From the NCBI RefSeq assembly GCF_000743755.1, contig NW_014569541.1, positions 1 to 64,000 of the forward strand: DNA of 64,000 nt. The letters are read 5' to 3'. The notes beneath the pieces were generated by a model. It did not search any database and had not been told where the DNA came from. It saw nothing but the letters and a program-made list of their open reading frames with translations. The DNA comes from Blastocystis sp. subtype 4 (lineage: Eukaryota). Shown in pieces: positions 27,378 through 41,050 of the stretch (the first letter of the stretch is position 1; the number at the start of each line of letters is the position of its first letter). The position numbers and the translations under genes are program-made.

Positions 27378-28932
27378 ATGACCATTAGTTGATGAGTGCA
27401 ACAACCGAAAGTACTGCTCTCCTCTCAACACCATCCGACGATCAGACCAAGGTTCTGATCCAGGAAGAGTTTGTTGACGATGAGAAGGGAAAAATGAATA
27501 CAATTGAAGTAAGAATGAATGTGATTGTTGAGGTTAGTTCTGTGTTAATCTGATGAAGGGAATTGCTGGAACTGGATCATTGGCTCTTCCTTTTGCATTC
27601 AACCAAGTACTTTGCATTGCTGATTGATTCTCCATAGGTTGGTATTATTGCCTGTATCCTTCTGTTCGTCCTTGTCTGTGGTATGATGATTCTTGCAACC
27701 TATCAGCTGATTGATATCAACAACGAAGTGAATTCCATGCCTCCTGTTGTTTCTGAATGCTCCCTTCATATGTAGGATGCATTCCCTGAGATTAAGACCA
27801 ACAACACTTATGCCGAACTGGTCTTCAAGGTTACTGGCAATATCGGTTACTGGATTTACTATGTCTGTTCGCTCATCACACTCTATGGTTCTAACATCGG
27901 TTCCATGGTTGTGATGACAGACTTCCTCTCTGCTCTTCCTTTAGGTGCTCCTCAGTATCGTCGACTTATTGCTCAACTCATTCTCACCGTTCTCTGTATT
28001 ATCCTCTGTCTTCTCAAAGACCCTAAGTAAGAACTATTGAATTCTCTCAGCACTAGAATGCTTGTAGCTGTTTCATCGCTTGGTCTGTTTGCTATTGCTG
28101 GAGGTTTCCTTGCTTTGATCATGTATTATTTCTTGTTTGTCTCTGAAGTACAGATTTGGAGGAGTAAAATTCGGCATTCATTTTGCGGTTTCGGATTTAT
28201 GGCCTAAATCGTTTGAAGCCTTCTTAGAAAACTTCGGAATCATTGTCTATTGCATGGGATTCATTCTTTTCCTTCTTACACAATATGTCCCAATCTTGAT
28301 CTCATCTCACTTCTAGAAGTATCTGCGTCGTGATTGTCAGAAGACAGTAGTTCGTTCCACAGGAATCAGTATCAGTCTTATGGCAATTATCTACTCGATC
28401 ATTGGTATTCTTCTCGCTGTTATTTTTAAGAACGGACGTAATTGCTCTCATTCTGACCTTATGTTTAGCTCATGGAGTCGAAGATGATATTGTTAAGTCT
28501 CTCCCTGATGGAGCGTGGATTGCCATTCCTGTTAACTTACTTATGGTAATTACGGTTATTGGAGGATTCCCTCTGTGGATGGAACCTGTCAATGAGATGG
28601 TCGAGGGTCATTGGGGTGAATGCACTAAGGGCAAGATCTTCATCACAAATCCCGTTTATATTATTTTCCGTATTGTGGAAATTGTTCTGATTTCTGTTGT
28701 TGCCTATTTTGTTCCTCATTTCGGTGACATTCTCTCTGTTGTTGGTAACTTCACGGATAATATTACTACTTTTATTTTCCCGGCATTTATGCATCTACGT
28801 TTGCTGCGGAAGAAACGAAGCATTGGTATTCAATCTCTTGATTGGTTCATTCTCGTCTTCTCCTTTGTCTTGATGATAGTATGTACTACTGTATCATTTA
28901 AGACACTTATTGAGCATTTGCTCCATAAGTAA
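27378..28932 (+). CDS. Amino acid transporter (AAAP/Aa_trans family)
   Basis: NLMKGIAGTGSLALPFAFNQ/VG, multiple TMs, VPHFGDILSVVG...TFIFPA. Confidence 0.88.
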
Positions 28933-29050
28933 GTAGATTACGTTTCATGAGTCTTTTTGTTGATCGTAAACTCGTTTTCTCACCCTTAATAATATCCTAG
29001 AAGATGGGGATTGTAATTATCCATCCTGGAAAGAGGAAAGAAGGCGATTC

Positions 29051-29625
29051 ATGGAATCTTTGGTTTTGACACAGGATTGTTTTCATACTGGATCAGAAGC
29101 AACTCAGAATGACTTCAAAGATACAACTGTTTCCGAGATGGAACAGTTTCCATCACTTCTTCCACTTGTGAATCCTCCACCGCTTGTATATTGTGATTAT
29201 TGTTGTCAACCTATTTTAGTTGTCGTGATTCTTGTTGTTCAATTCTAGGCTACTACGGCAGATCAACACTCTCGTTTCTGTATCCACTATATCCATAATT
29301 TCATTGTATTTATTCTAATTAGTCTCTTATGTAGATGCAAGCCATTGACGTTGTTGTATCAAACGCATCGTATGTCTTTGTCGTTAGTATTCCCTTAGAG
29401 CAGCTAAAGGACAGTATCAACCTTGTGATGCTGATTTGAAAGCTTTACAACAGTTCGTAGCCACGGAGTGTCACATTGAAGAGCCACGTGAAGTTTCGCT
29501 TCCTCTTCAAGAAGAACAGACAGTTCTTCGTAATCCATCTGTACAGTATTCTCCCTATCAGTTTTATCGGAACAAGGTTTCTAAAGAAAGGGATTCCTTC
29601 TTCTTTCGTCTTGTACGTAGTAAAT
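29051..29625 (+). CDS. Hypothetical protein with CxxC...HxxxC zinc-finger-like motif
   Basis: YCDYCCQPIL/...HSRFC across introns; ends at an in-frame T before TGTTTGTT. Confidence 0.5.
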
Positions 29626-29681
29626 TGCGTGTTTGTTGCGAAATGCTTGCGTTCACGAAACAAACAGTTCACTAAACAACT

Positions 29682-30728
29682 CTACTCATCTTCTGTAATC
29701 ATTCCTTCATATTGCTTCTTCACGGTACTTGAACTCAGCATATCCTTAGTGAATGGCAAGTACTTGCCTCTTTTCACAGGCAAACGACGAGGAACAGTCG
29801 AAATATTTGTTTCCTTCTTTGCTTCCTCCACCAGAGACTCCAGCAAATCCATCAAATACCGACCATTCTGCTTTCTCGTTGGATATCGGTTGCTTGTCAG
29901 CGTCAGCACGTCTGTGTTGAAATTGTAGCGAGGTCCAGACATCAACACCAGTTTTTGGGCTGCTATTAGTGGAAGTCCTAGTTGACGGACACGTACTGTC
30001 AGTTTCACATGACTGTTCTCACGAGGAGGTCCCAACTTCTCATCTTCCCAGGTTACAGGACGGATATACTCACGAGTTTCGATTCGAACGTCTGCATCGT
30101 TAAAATCGTAAGGCTTTGTTCGTATCTTTTCTGGATCCTTCTCTGTGTCAACATCCTCACTGTGGTCAAAGGGATTGGGAAATAAAGGAAGATCCTCTAA
30201 TAAAGCACCCTCTGGCAAACCCTTTTCCGGATTCTGTAACTTTTCAATCACATCATCCGATAAACCAGGATACATTTCTTCCCGAATATAAAGATCGAGT
30301 GGATTGACCTCTTTCCCTTCTTCTTTTGGTGTTTTGTCAGTAGATCCCACATCCATCTTCTATTGAGTTACCCATTAACCTATTCACTACCTTCGCTGTC
30401 GCATTATCTTTCAGATAATCCTCTAATTCTTCCGGACTCATCTCTTCCTCCTTTCGTTCGTTCAAATCTTTCGACTGATTCAACATACCAAACTAGAGTC
30501 AATCCATAGAAAAACAAGTACCAGATTGGCTTGGGGATGATAGGCAAGAAAACGACGGTTGACAAGCACATTCCACTTTTCAGATGTGAGATATTGTAAC
30601 GAACTTCATATTATCAATAATCTACTCACCTACCCCAAAGAAGGCATCGACGTCACTAGGGAATTTCTTCCTACACTAACCGCTCTTCCAAGGTATTTAG
30701 AGGTTGTACAACCACAACTCCTGAACAT
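29682..30728 (-). CDS. MRPS35: Mitochondrial small ribosomal subunit protein mS35
   Basis: HVKLTVRVRQLGL...KLVLMSGPRYN..TDVLTLTSNRYPTRKQN..YLMDLLESLVEEA domain; targeting-like N-terminus. Confidence 0.85.
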
Positions 30729-31747
30729 AGAGCCAACTGTTTGCGAGATTGAGAAAAGGAAACGGAATGTGGAATTGACAAATGAGAGTGGATTTTTGGA
30801 ATTAGATATTACTTGTTTAAACAATCATGCTATCCCAATTAGCATTGTATAATGGATTGAACAGATCACAGACTACACTTTCCGTACTTAGGGTGAATCA
30901 TCTTATTTCTTGTTTCTTCTTTACTATGAAGGGAACTAGAAGGAGAACAAGTGATGGAAGACACCTGTACTGAAAATGAATGATCATCCCTACGAAGATA
31001 GTATTTCGTAATAAGAATGCGAAGCAATGTGAAATGGAAGATTCTGTTGATTCATTGGTTCCAATAGAAGTGAATCTTGTTGGGCTTGTCTCCAGACAAC
31101 TCTAATCACATATTCAAATAATTTAATTACTGTATAATTGGAATGGATGCATATAGGAGTGTTATTCCATATAGCAATTGATACAACCCCTTCTCGTTCA
31201 TAGAAACGCTGTTGCAATCTCCAAACAATAGAATTGTATTGTGAATAATGGATTCTTCGAGTTGACAGGTTGTCACTTTTCTATCTCATTTGTTCTTTTT
31301 TGTTTTCCAATGAGTGCTGTATGCTGTATCATTCTAGCTTCTTCGATGGATTCGCAACACAACCAGAATGTAAAGATGATCGAAGTATGCTTCTATTCGT
31401 TCTCTAAAGGTTTAGGCCTTTTGTACTTCTCGGAATATCAAGTTTGAAGAGATTGATGGAGCGGATCCAGTAAACAAGGAACTGCGGACTTCGTTGTTTG
31501 AAATCGCTGGTAGAGCTTTCTTTTCTCTTGTTCATGAACAGAGAGAAACAAGGGTCGTCGTCAATATCCCATGTTTTTTGCTATGCACTCAGATCGTACC
31601 ATTTCGTTTATCGGAAACTTAGAGGAGGTACAAGATCTCATTGATTCTGATGATACGGATCCTGCTATTCTTGCTCAATGCCCTGAGGCTCCAACCTTTT
31701 CGCGCGTATTTTATCCTGTGAAATTCCCTGTTTTGCTAACAAACAAT

Positions 31748-33832
31748 CTACTTCGATTTGGATTCCTTGTGGTGATGGTGATGTTTCTTCTTATGCTTCT
31801 TCTCTGTCATTGCTGCAAATGCAGCAGCAACCACATCCTCATCATTGATTACCACGGCTTCCTTCTTTTCTTCCTCCTTTTCCTTCTTTGTAGGTTCATC
31901 ATCATTCTCATCATCACTCTATTCTTCACACTCTTCCTGCATTCCTACAAATTCCATATCCTTTAATAAGGATTCACGGTAAGCCTCATATCCTCCTTCA
32001 ATTGGTGTGATGGTCTGATTATCCATCAACCACATCTCACAATTAGTCATTGTCAACAAACGGGCATCATGGGACACAATCAACACTCCTCCATTGAACT
32101 CATTAATTGCATCGCCCAAAGCATCAATCGACTCAATATCTCTACTCCTCACTATATCAGCTTATTCCTACAGGTGATTCGTTGGCTCATCAAATATCAG
32201 AATGTGAGGCTGACTCAGAGAGATCTCAGCAAATGTTACTCGACTCTTCTGACCTCCTGACAGGTTCCGGTTCTTAATTGTGTGTGCGTGACCTTCCAAA
32301 CCATATCGACCTAATAGATTCCTCACTAGTCCTCACATATCCATCCATCCAATACACTCCTGATACGACACACTTGGATACAAACGTTGGAGATATTCCA
32401 CAGGAGTTTCATCCATAGGCAGCTTATCAATGAAGTGTTGTGCATACTTGCCAATCCGCAAACGAGGGTTTCGTCTGACTTCGCCACTTAATGGAACCAA
32501 ATCTCCTATTCCTAAAATACCTCCAATTTCTGTACCTTCAATCAATTTCACAAGAGTAGATTTTCCAATACCATTTGGTCCCACAATACTCACACGAGAC
32601 GAGAGATGAATACCAAAATCCACATTCTTTAAGAGAATCTTATCTGGAAAGTATCCAAACGTAACATCTTCCACAGAAATGATAGGAGGACTGAGGTCAG
32701 GACACTATGATGAAACCTCTTCTACAAGACTTACCTCTGGGAAGGTGAATTTCACAGTGTATTCCCGCGGTCGCTCTAGCAGCTGTACAGACTCCTCTTC
32801 CTCTTCCTGCTTGCCCTGCTTTTTGGCTTCTCGTTGTCGTTTCTGTTTACTTTCGTCTTCAGCTGCTGCTCGTGACTTGCCACTAGCTTTGAGGGCCTGC
32901 AACTGCTTCTGTTGCTTTTCATAAGCCTTCTCCAATTCAGCAAGTTTCTGCTTGCGCATCTTCTTAAACATCATGTAATCTCCCTTGTAGTAATACAACT
33001 TTCGTTGATCAAGATGAATGATCTGCTGACATACACTGCTTAAGAAGGCCTGATCGTGAGACACAACTAGAAGTGTCTTTTTCCAATTTTGCAAATACTC
33101 ATCCAACCAAATTACAGCATTCAAATCGAGATGATTGGTAGGCTCATCAAGAAGCAACAAATCAGGTTGCATGAATAGAGCACGTGCTAGGGAGATTCGC
33201 ATACGCCAACCTCCAGAGAAGGAGGTCGTTGGTTGCTCTTGCATCGACGCTGTGAATCCAAGACCCGCAAGAATACGACGAGCACGAGGTTCTGCTTTCT
33301 GGACACCATGAATACGCATTTCTGTTATCACGTCGTTGTACTCATTCATCTACGCCTAAACTCTCTCCATTTCCCGTACAATAGCTTCCTGATTTGCATT
33401 ATGTTCGCTCGCTTCAGACTCGAGAATGGCTTGCAATTCCTTCTCCCTCTTCATCAACTCTGTGCGCTTTGTATCTGCTCGAAGAACCACTTCAACTGGA
33501 GTAGCATTGTCTGCTTCTGCTTCTTGTTCTACATACAAAATGTCAATGGTTGGAGGAATGGCCAATTCTCGACATGCAATCATTTTAAGGAGAGTTGATT
33601 TTCCCTGGCCATTTGGTCCCAGCAAACCATAACGACGTCCATACACAATCTTCAAATCGGCATTTTCAAACAGCGGCTTTCCTTTCGCATTGATACTGAA
33701 CCCCTCAATGTTAATATCCTTGCTGTTTATCCATGTCGGATCATCTTTGTTCCAAGCACGCTGAGTACACGTAAATTGACTTGGGGCAGCACCTCCCCAG
33801 TGCTGGTCTTCGACATCAACATAATCTGTCAT
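31748..33832 (-). CDS. ABC-F family ATPase (ABCF1-like)
   Basis: Two NBDs: [46 protein letters not shown]; no TM segments; charged C-tail with TAG at 31750-31748. Confidence 0.93.
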
Positions 33833-34281
33833 TGTAGGAGATCGTAATTGGTGAATTCGTAATTGCGACAATTCTGCACTCTAGGTCCCAAATTTGGGTT
33901 CTTTTCTTTTTTCGTGATTTGTGTTGAAAATGATAGAAGTCATCTGTCTAAACCAATACTCAGCTAGGGAGGTATCTAAGACCACAATGAGTAGTTGTTA
34001 TTCAGAACAGTGAGAAACAGAATTGGCGATGGAGTACATCTCCAAATATCAGATTATCGATGGAACTTGGATCTAATGAACATCATTTCTCCTGTTTTCT
34101 TCCAAACTCTGTCTGTGACTTCTATTTCGTTATTCTATTCTATCAATTCGATTTACTGACATTGCAATTGAAATAAGAAATAAGATGTTTTTCAGGAATT
34201 CCAAATTCAATGTATGTGGCTCAAATCCTTGCGCTTCGTCATTTTGGTATCTTTGTCTTTACTACCATTCCCAGGACTGAA

Positions 34282-35801
34282 AGCATTACCTATACCTACA
34301 AATGAGGTAGTTTTTTCAATTGTTACATGAGACTTCTAGGACAACACTTCCCACAGTGAGGAAGAATGGTTTCCAGTGGCCTTGGCATCCATACCAAATA
34401 CTTTCCTGGGTCGCTTTTGTCTTTTTTATTATCGCAGGAGTTTATTTGGTGGGAATGGTCGTCCCGACTCCCTTTAATATCATTTTCTATATTATATCAG
34501 CGGCAATGGAACTTTCCATTGTTCTTTTGACCATTTTCACCACTGTCATTGATCCAGCTGATGACTTCAAGGATGTTCATGTAAATAGTGCTGTTAGGTT
34601 TTTACTTCACAGATAGACAAAGGCCATTATTGTTTTGTTTGTCGAAAGCGGGTCAAAGCTTCTACGGAACACTGTCGTCCCTGCAACAAGTGTGTGGCAG
34701 AATTTGATCATCACTGCAAATGGTTAAACACTTGTATTGGAAAGAAGAATTACTCGTTTCTTTTGTTTCGGCGTCTTATCGTTAGATACTTCTTCTCATT
34801 GCTTGTAGTATTGTCTGTGTATGCCTTTTTGATGCTTGTTGTTTTGCTTGCTCTCCTCATTCTGTCTTTTTCCGACGAAGAAGTAGTTTGGCCATTCCGT
34901 ATTTTCATCACTTTCTTAATCATTGTAGTTTCGGATGTCCCTGGTTTGTCTTCTTTAATTGTATATCGATGTCTTCTTCTTGTCTTTTTATTGGTTTCAT
35001 GTGCATTACTTTACTATGCATTGGAACTCCTAATTTTCCACATTCGATTGTATGCAGAAGGGGCCACCACGTATTGTTCTTCTTTCTTCTTTCCTTTAGA
35101 TACTCGCATTTCCAAAACCTCGAGAAAAAGTCCAGGAAATCTGAATCTACGGGAGTCCGGCCTGCTACACCTCCTCTCCTTCCAACACTCTCTGCTTCTA
35201 TTCGTACCTCTACTCTGGAGGATCCTGTCAAGTCTACTGCTATTTCAGGGATCACCGCATCCTCCTCCTCCTCGAGTCTCCTCATTCATACCTCACCCAC
35301 GGTGGGAGAGGTCACTTCAAGTCAACCGCTTTCCAAAGAGAGTAGCACAAGTCCATTGCCTGATCGAGATGATTCATATTATGGATTGCGACGTATGTGT
35401 TGGTATCAATCCTTATTCCTAGATCCTGAAGAGTCTTTCAGTTTGGCTTGGGTTGATGATGCAGAGTGTAGGGTTTATGAAGAGGTTAAATGATAGATGC
35501 ACCTGGAATGAATATCCGAGCGACTCTTCGTAGCATTGGAGTTCGAATCTCATGTGTAGATACGGGAGACTCGCTTTCGGATATTGCTTCTGGGCGAGGA
35601 AGATCAGATATGTGGAATCCCAACAATTTCCATGGATTTGGTCCGACTCATGAGAGTGCTGATTCGCAGTTTATTCGGACGTATCGGCATAGTTCTATGG
35701 TCAAATCGAGCTTTTCAGGCGTGATACAGAGTCCAAAAGATGGAACTACTGGGTCTCCTATCGGAGAGTCTATTCAGAGCGAAGTTGTGATGATGGATTA
35801 G
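34282..35801 (+). CDS. DHHC palmitoyltransferase (ZDHHC1/11-like)
   Basis: [41 protein letters not shown]. Confidence 0.92.
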
Positions 35802-35875
35802 TCTATTAGATATGTAATATGAAAGAGTGTTTGTTAGGTTCATTCATTTTGCCGCCAATTTCAACAACTTCGGAA

Positions 35876-38319
35876 ATGGATCTATCTACTCTGTTGTCGT
35901 CTCTTTCGGGACGCAATAGTGGTTCTTCGAGACAGTCCAAGATGACTGTGATTTCTCAGGGAGAGGTCCTTCCGCAAAAGCAGAAACGGAATTATAACAC
36001 CAATTATTATGCAAGTGGACCCAAACGGTTTGAATGTATTCCTTCGAGTCTTAGATATAGATCGAAATACCGTTTACCTGAAAAGTGTCTTGGGAATGTT
36101 TCTGATCCGATTCCTTATGCAAATAAAAGAGAAAGGTGAAGAATGATGTTGATGTTTGAAAGGGTAGGGATATCGGTGAAATTGAGGAAGAATCCTTGTC
36201 TCCAGAGCAACTGGATGTGCTTACCACAGTACTCAAGGGATATGTAGAGTTTGGTGTTGTCTCCTCATTAGAATGTCTTCTTCACAGGGGACGCTGGTAC
36301 CGGAAAAAGCTATGTTTTACGTAAAATTGTCGAAGCTCTTCAAGAGAGAATGGGAGCAGAAAAGGTGTTTGTGACGGCCTCAACAGGCATTGCTGCTTGT
36401 AACATTGGAGGAATCACAATTCACTCTTTTGCAGGATTAGGGATTCATGACTCTGACATCAACCAGACTCTGAAGCGAATTCGTCAGAATGAGTCAGCAG
36501 TGGAACGCTGGCATGCATGTGAAGTTCTGATTGTCGATGAGATATCAATGCTTGATGGACAGCTATTTGACACTCTTGAATATGTTGCCAGAGTGATTCG
36601 TGGGAATGATTATCCCTTTGGAGGGATCCAGATTGTTCTATGTGGTAGAGTCTGTAAGAGTATTTGATGTTCTAGGAGACTTCTTTCAGTTGCCTCCGGT
36701 TGGCCTTGGTCGTAATGGCGTGCAATTCTGCTTTGAGTCTCGTTGGTGGAACATTGTGGTTGAAGTATGAATAGAATTGGAGTTTCATGATAGAAAGTAC
36801 TCGTAATGACAACAGTGTTTCGTCAGAAAGACATGCAATTGCAGCAATTACTTCGAGAGATCCGTTATGTAGATATATGTGTGGCATATCAATCAGGGTC
36901 GTTTATCACCACAATCCATGAAGACAATGAAGGAAATGAGTACTCATGATCTTGATACCTTATTACTCCAATCTCAATCACCAACAAACTTACATGAATC
37001 TAGCGATGATGAAGAAGAGGAGAATATTGCTGTTGAAAGTACCAAGTACATGTTAATTACTGATTTGATATAAGATTATTCGCTTACAATCGAAATGTGG
37101 ATGATTACAATCAACAGAAGCTAGATGCGTTGCCAACTTCTCCTGTGGAGTATATTGCTGAGGATACTGGAAGTACTAAAATCAGTTGTATTTCAGTCAT
37201 AGCTAATGAGAGCAGTCTGTATCAACTGAGTAAGAACTGTGCTGCAGTATCTCGCTTGCAGGTAAAGCGAGGTGCACAGGTGATGTTATTGAAGAATCTG
37301 GAGGTTGAACGTGGTCTAGTGAATGGTGCTCGTGGTGTCATCGTATCGTTCCGGGTGTGTAGTGAAAGTGGTGAGCGTTTGCCAGTGGTGCGATGGAGAG
37401 TGAGGAATGAGGATGTGACAAGGGTCTGTGAAAGAGTTGAGTTTAAGATTGAGAGTGCCGGAAAAGTGATTGCTTGTCGTCGCCAACTCCCGTTACGACT
37501 CGTATGAATGATGATGATATGTGATCTAGGCCTGGGGAATCTCAATTCACAAATCACAAGGAATGACAATTGACTATCTAAGTATTGATTTAACAGGAGT
37601 ATTTGAATATGGAATGACATATGTGGCATTGAGTCGAGGTGTATCGTGTGATCATATGAGTGTGAAAGGATTTCAATTGAAAGAAGTTAGAACGAATCCA
37701 AAAGTGATTGCATTTTATGATGCTGTTAAGCAAGGAACAAAGTACATTGCAAAATCAAACCCTTCTCAAATTCCTCTTGTCGAATCTCGTTCAGTCTCGG
37801 TGTCTTCTCAATCTCGTCCAACTCCTCTCACTTCTGTTACATCTCCCTCTGTTGCAGCTCGACCAATTCAGTCTCGTCCAGTCTCGGTGTCTTCTTGTCA
37901 ATCTCGTCCAACTCCTCTCACTTCTGTTCCAACTTACTCTATTGCAGCTCGACCAGTTCAGTCTCGTTCAATATCTCTTCCTTCTTCTCAATGTCATCCA
38001 ATTCAATCTCATAATAACCCACTTCCTCCTGTCCAGTGTAACCCTACTCCAGATCGTCCGGTATCACTTCCTTCTGCTCAGCATTCTATTCTTTCTTCTC
38101 AGTTCAAACATTCTCCAACTCTTATCCCCCATCACGTTCAATATCAACAACAGTCACCTACATCGGTGAGCTATTCTTCAACAATACAGCAACCTCATAC
38201 CGATCTGTCATTCGAGACGTTTACTCTCTTCAAATCAAAATCAAAGTCACCAAACAAGAAAAGAAATTCTCTAGTGAACCTTGCTTCAGGGCTTCAATCC
38301 CTAAATAAGTCCTTTATAT
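35876..38319 (+). CDS. PIF1: Pif1-family DNA helicase
   Basis: TGDAGTGKS, TASTGIAA, DEISML, GDFFQLPPV, GAQVMLLKNL, IHKSQGMT, YVALSR; low-complexity tail; end inferred from poly(A)-made stop. Confidence 0.92.
37785..37990 (+). repeat. Coding tandem repeat, ~87-90 bp unit, ~2.3 copies, in PIF1 tail
   Basis: SRSVSVSSQSRPTPLTSVTSPSVAARPIQ unit duplicated. Confidence 0.85.
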
Positions 38320-38350
38320 CCATTCTTTGTTTATACTCACAAACAGAAGA

Positions 38351-39254
38351 ATGGAATACGAAATCGGTGAAGAGGTTATTATTGAAAGAGCTAACAAGTA
38401 TATTTTCGGAATTGTACTCATTGGATGATCTCTTTGAAACTAGGTCAAAGGAGTGGAAGATGATAAATATAGGATTGAGTACCGATATCGTCGTAAAAGG
38501 CTCGAGAGGTTACTGACATCTGACAAGATCTGGAAAGCAACTCCTCAGAATAGAGCTATCGTAGAGAATAAACGGAATCCAAACTGCAAACGGTACTATG
38601 ATGAGGATATCATCGAGGACATGGTTTGATTTACGGAATATTTCAATGGTTAGAATATTAGTATTACTGATAGCATCTTCATCCCTTTTGAGATGGTCAG
38701 TCTTCTTATTGTGGATTGGAACGTTTGATTACTGGATTGTAGTGATTTCCAGAAGTGTCATGATAAAAAGTACTCACTTTCTCTTCCGTGCTCTATTACT
38801 GTATCGGATGTACTCCATCAAGTACCTTTTTGAAGTTCTTCTGATTAGTAGTATCAGTCTACCATCAAAGCAGTTTTAAATAAGGAAACCTACAAATGGC
38901 GTTGTGAAGTGGTCTAATATTGTTGAACTGATTTCTAGGTCATTCAAGGCGTTGTACAAACATTCCGAATAAAATTGGAGGAAGATATCCTGTATCCCTG
39001 CGAAATCCAGGTTTGGTCCAAATACCTAAAGGAGAATCACAATTGTGACTGTCTTCTTATTTTTGGTGTTCAACACTTGATTCGGTTACTATGTGAAGAG
39101 TGATTAAGGCAATTGATTTGTAGACCAGTTGATTAAACTGTATGCTTTGGAATACGAACATAATGGCAGACCACCCATCTACAAGGGTTTGAAGGACATT
39201 TTCCGTTTTATTCTTGCTCATCATAACATGGTTGAGTCAGTTCGAAAATGGTAG
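38351..39254 (+). CDS. MRG15/Eaf3-like protein (chromo-barrel plus MRG domain)
   Basis: MEYEIGEEVII...; IPFEMVSLLIVDWN, LPCSITVSDVLHQ, VIQGVVQTF...ILYPCE, FGVQHLIRLL mirror MRG motifs; not in the ORF track in this frame. Confidence 0.7.
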
Positions 39255-39406
39255 TTTGGTGTTTGTTATCGTATTATGAGATTATCACAATGAGGGGCTA
39301 TTCTGTTTAGTGATTCCTTGATTAGGATGAATCCAGTGATTACCTCATAATTGTATCAACTATGAGTGTTCCTGTTCCTTGTTACCAATGGTAGGATTTA
39401 GTATTA

Positions 39407-40987
39407 ATGTCCAATCCAATGTAGCATTAAGGATGTGTATGACAATGTTCCTGAAGTTACCGCTCGTTTTGAGGAGCTCAATGCTCTTTTCAAAGAGAAA
39501 TATGGATCTCTCCCTGAATTCTATGTTCGTGCTCCTGGCCGTGTGAATCTTATTGGAGAGCACATTGATTACCATGAGTAACACCATTTCGTTCAAGTCA
39601 CTTTGTAGTTATTCTGTTTTCCCTATGGCTATTACGAATGACATGATCATTGCTGTTGCATCGGAAGAGAATATAGACGGAAAAACGGAATTCTATGTCC
39701 ATAATGTGGTATGAAATGATGGGTGAATCTGAAGAGTAGGATCCCAAGTTTGAGTCCAAGGCTCTTCCTATCGATCCTAAAGCTGACGTCTCGAAGGAGC
39801 ATAATTGGTCTCTGTATTTCCAGTGCGGATACAAAGGTGCTTTTGATTCGTTGAATCCTGATGTAATCAAGATGTCTCACATCAATGTATAGAACCATAC
39901 TCCCCGTGTATTGAAGATCTGTGTAAGTGGTACTGTTCCTCCAGCTGCCGGAGTTTCATCCTCCTCTGCTTTTGTTGTTGCTTCGTGTATGGCAACAGCC
40001 TTAGCAAATGGAATGAAATTCGATAAGACCTCTCTAGCAGAAACAAGTCGAGTCGCTGAGTACTATCGTTATTCACTTCTAATATAGGTTTTACATCGGT
40101 ACTATGGGAGGTGGTATGGATCAGGCTATTTCAGTTCATGGCATTCGTGGTTATGCAAGTCATATCGAGTTCCATCCTTTGAAAGCCACTCCTGTGAAAC
40201 TTCCAGAAGGAGGTGTGTTTGTAATTAGTAATTCGTTCTATCAAGCACCCAAAGCTGTTACAGCGGCCAAAGGATACAATCTGCGTGTTGTAGAAGGACG
40301 CTTAGCAGCCAAACTTATCGCTAAGGCTCATGGTCTGAATGATTTCTTGCAATATACTAGTCTTCGTGAAATTCAACGGGATCTTGGCGATAAGTCATTG
40401 GAAGAGATGCAAGAGGTGGCTAAGCAGTGTCTGCATACAGAGCCTTACACAACATCGGAGCTTGAAGAATTGTTAGGTGTTCCTCTCAAGCAAGAGACGT
40501 TGTTCTCGGATAGACCTGCTGCTGCTAAAGTACTTGAAGTCAATCACTCGTTCAAGTGTTTGGACAGGGCATTACATGTATATGGAGAGGCAGAGCGTGT
40601 ATGGAAGTTCAGAGAGGTTTGTGAAAGCAATAGTGAACACAAATTGGAGGAATTGGGAGCATTAATGTGTGCTTCTCATCAGAGTTGTGACAAACTGTAT
40701 GAGTGTTCGTGTGAACAATTGAATGATCTTGTATCCATTGCAATGTAGGAGTGAGAGAAGAATTAAACAGTAGGAATCATGGAGCCTTAGGAAGTCGACT
40801 AACAGGAGCTGGATGGGGTGGTTGTGCAGTGCATCTTGTCTATGAAAAGGATGTTGAGAGTTTTATGAAGGCATTGAAGGAGGAATACTATGTGAAGAGA
40901 GGATTCAGTGAGGACGAGGTGAAACTGGGTTTATTTGCTTCCAAACCTAGTGCTGGAGCCTGCTATTTTGAAGGATTGGTTATCTAA
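39407..40987 (+). CDS. GALK: Galactokinase / GalNAc kinase (GHMP)
   Basis: [47 protein letters not shown]. Confidence 0.95.
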
Positions 40988-41050
40988 TAGACAAGAATGT
41001 TGTTTGTTAAGACCATAAAAAACTGTTCAGTTAATCTCACAAACTTAAAA

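Noticed and set aside
30860..31740. Probable hypothetical gene(s) between mS35 and ABCF
   Set aside because: Strand and exon structure could not be resolved by eye
35876..38319. PIF1 as part of a Helitron or other transposon
   Set aside because: No Rep/HUH domain or terminal structures; intron-rich and embedded among housekeeping genes
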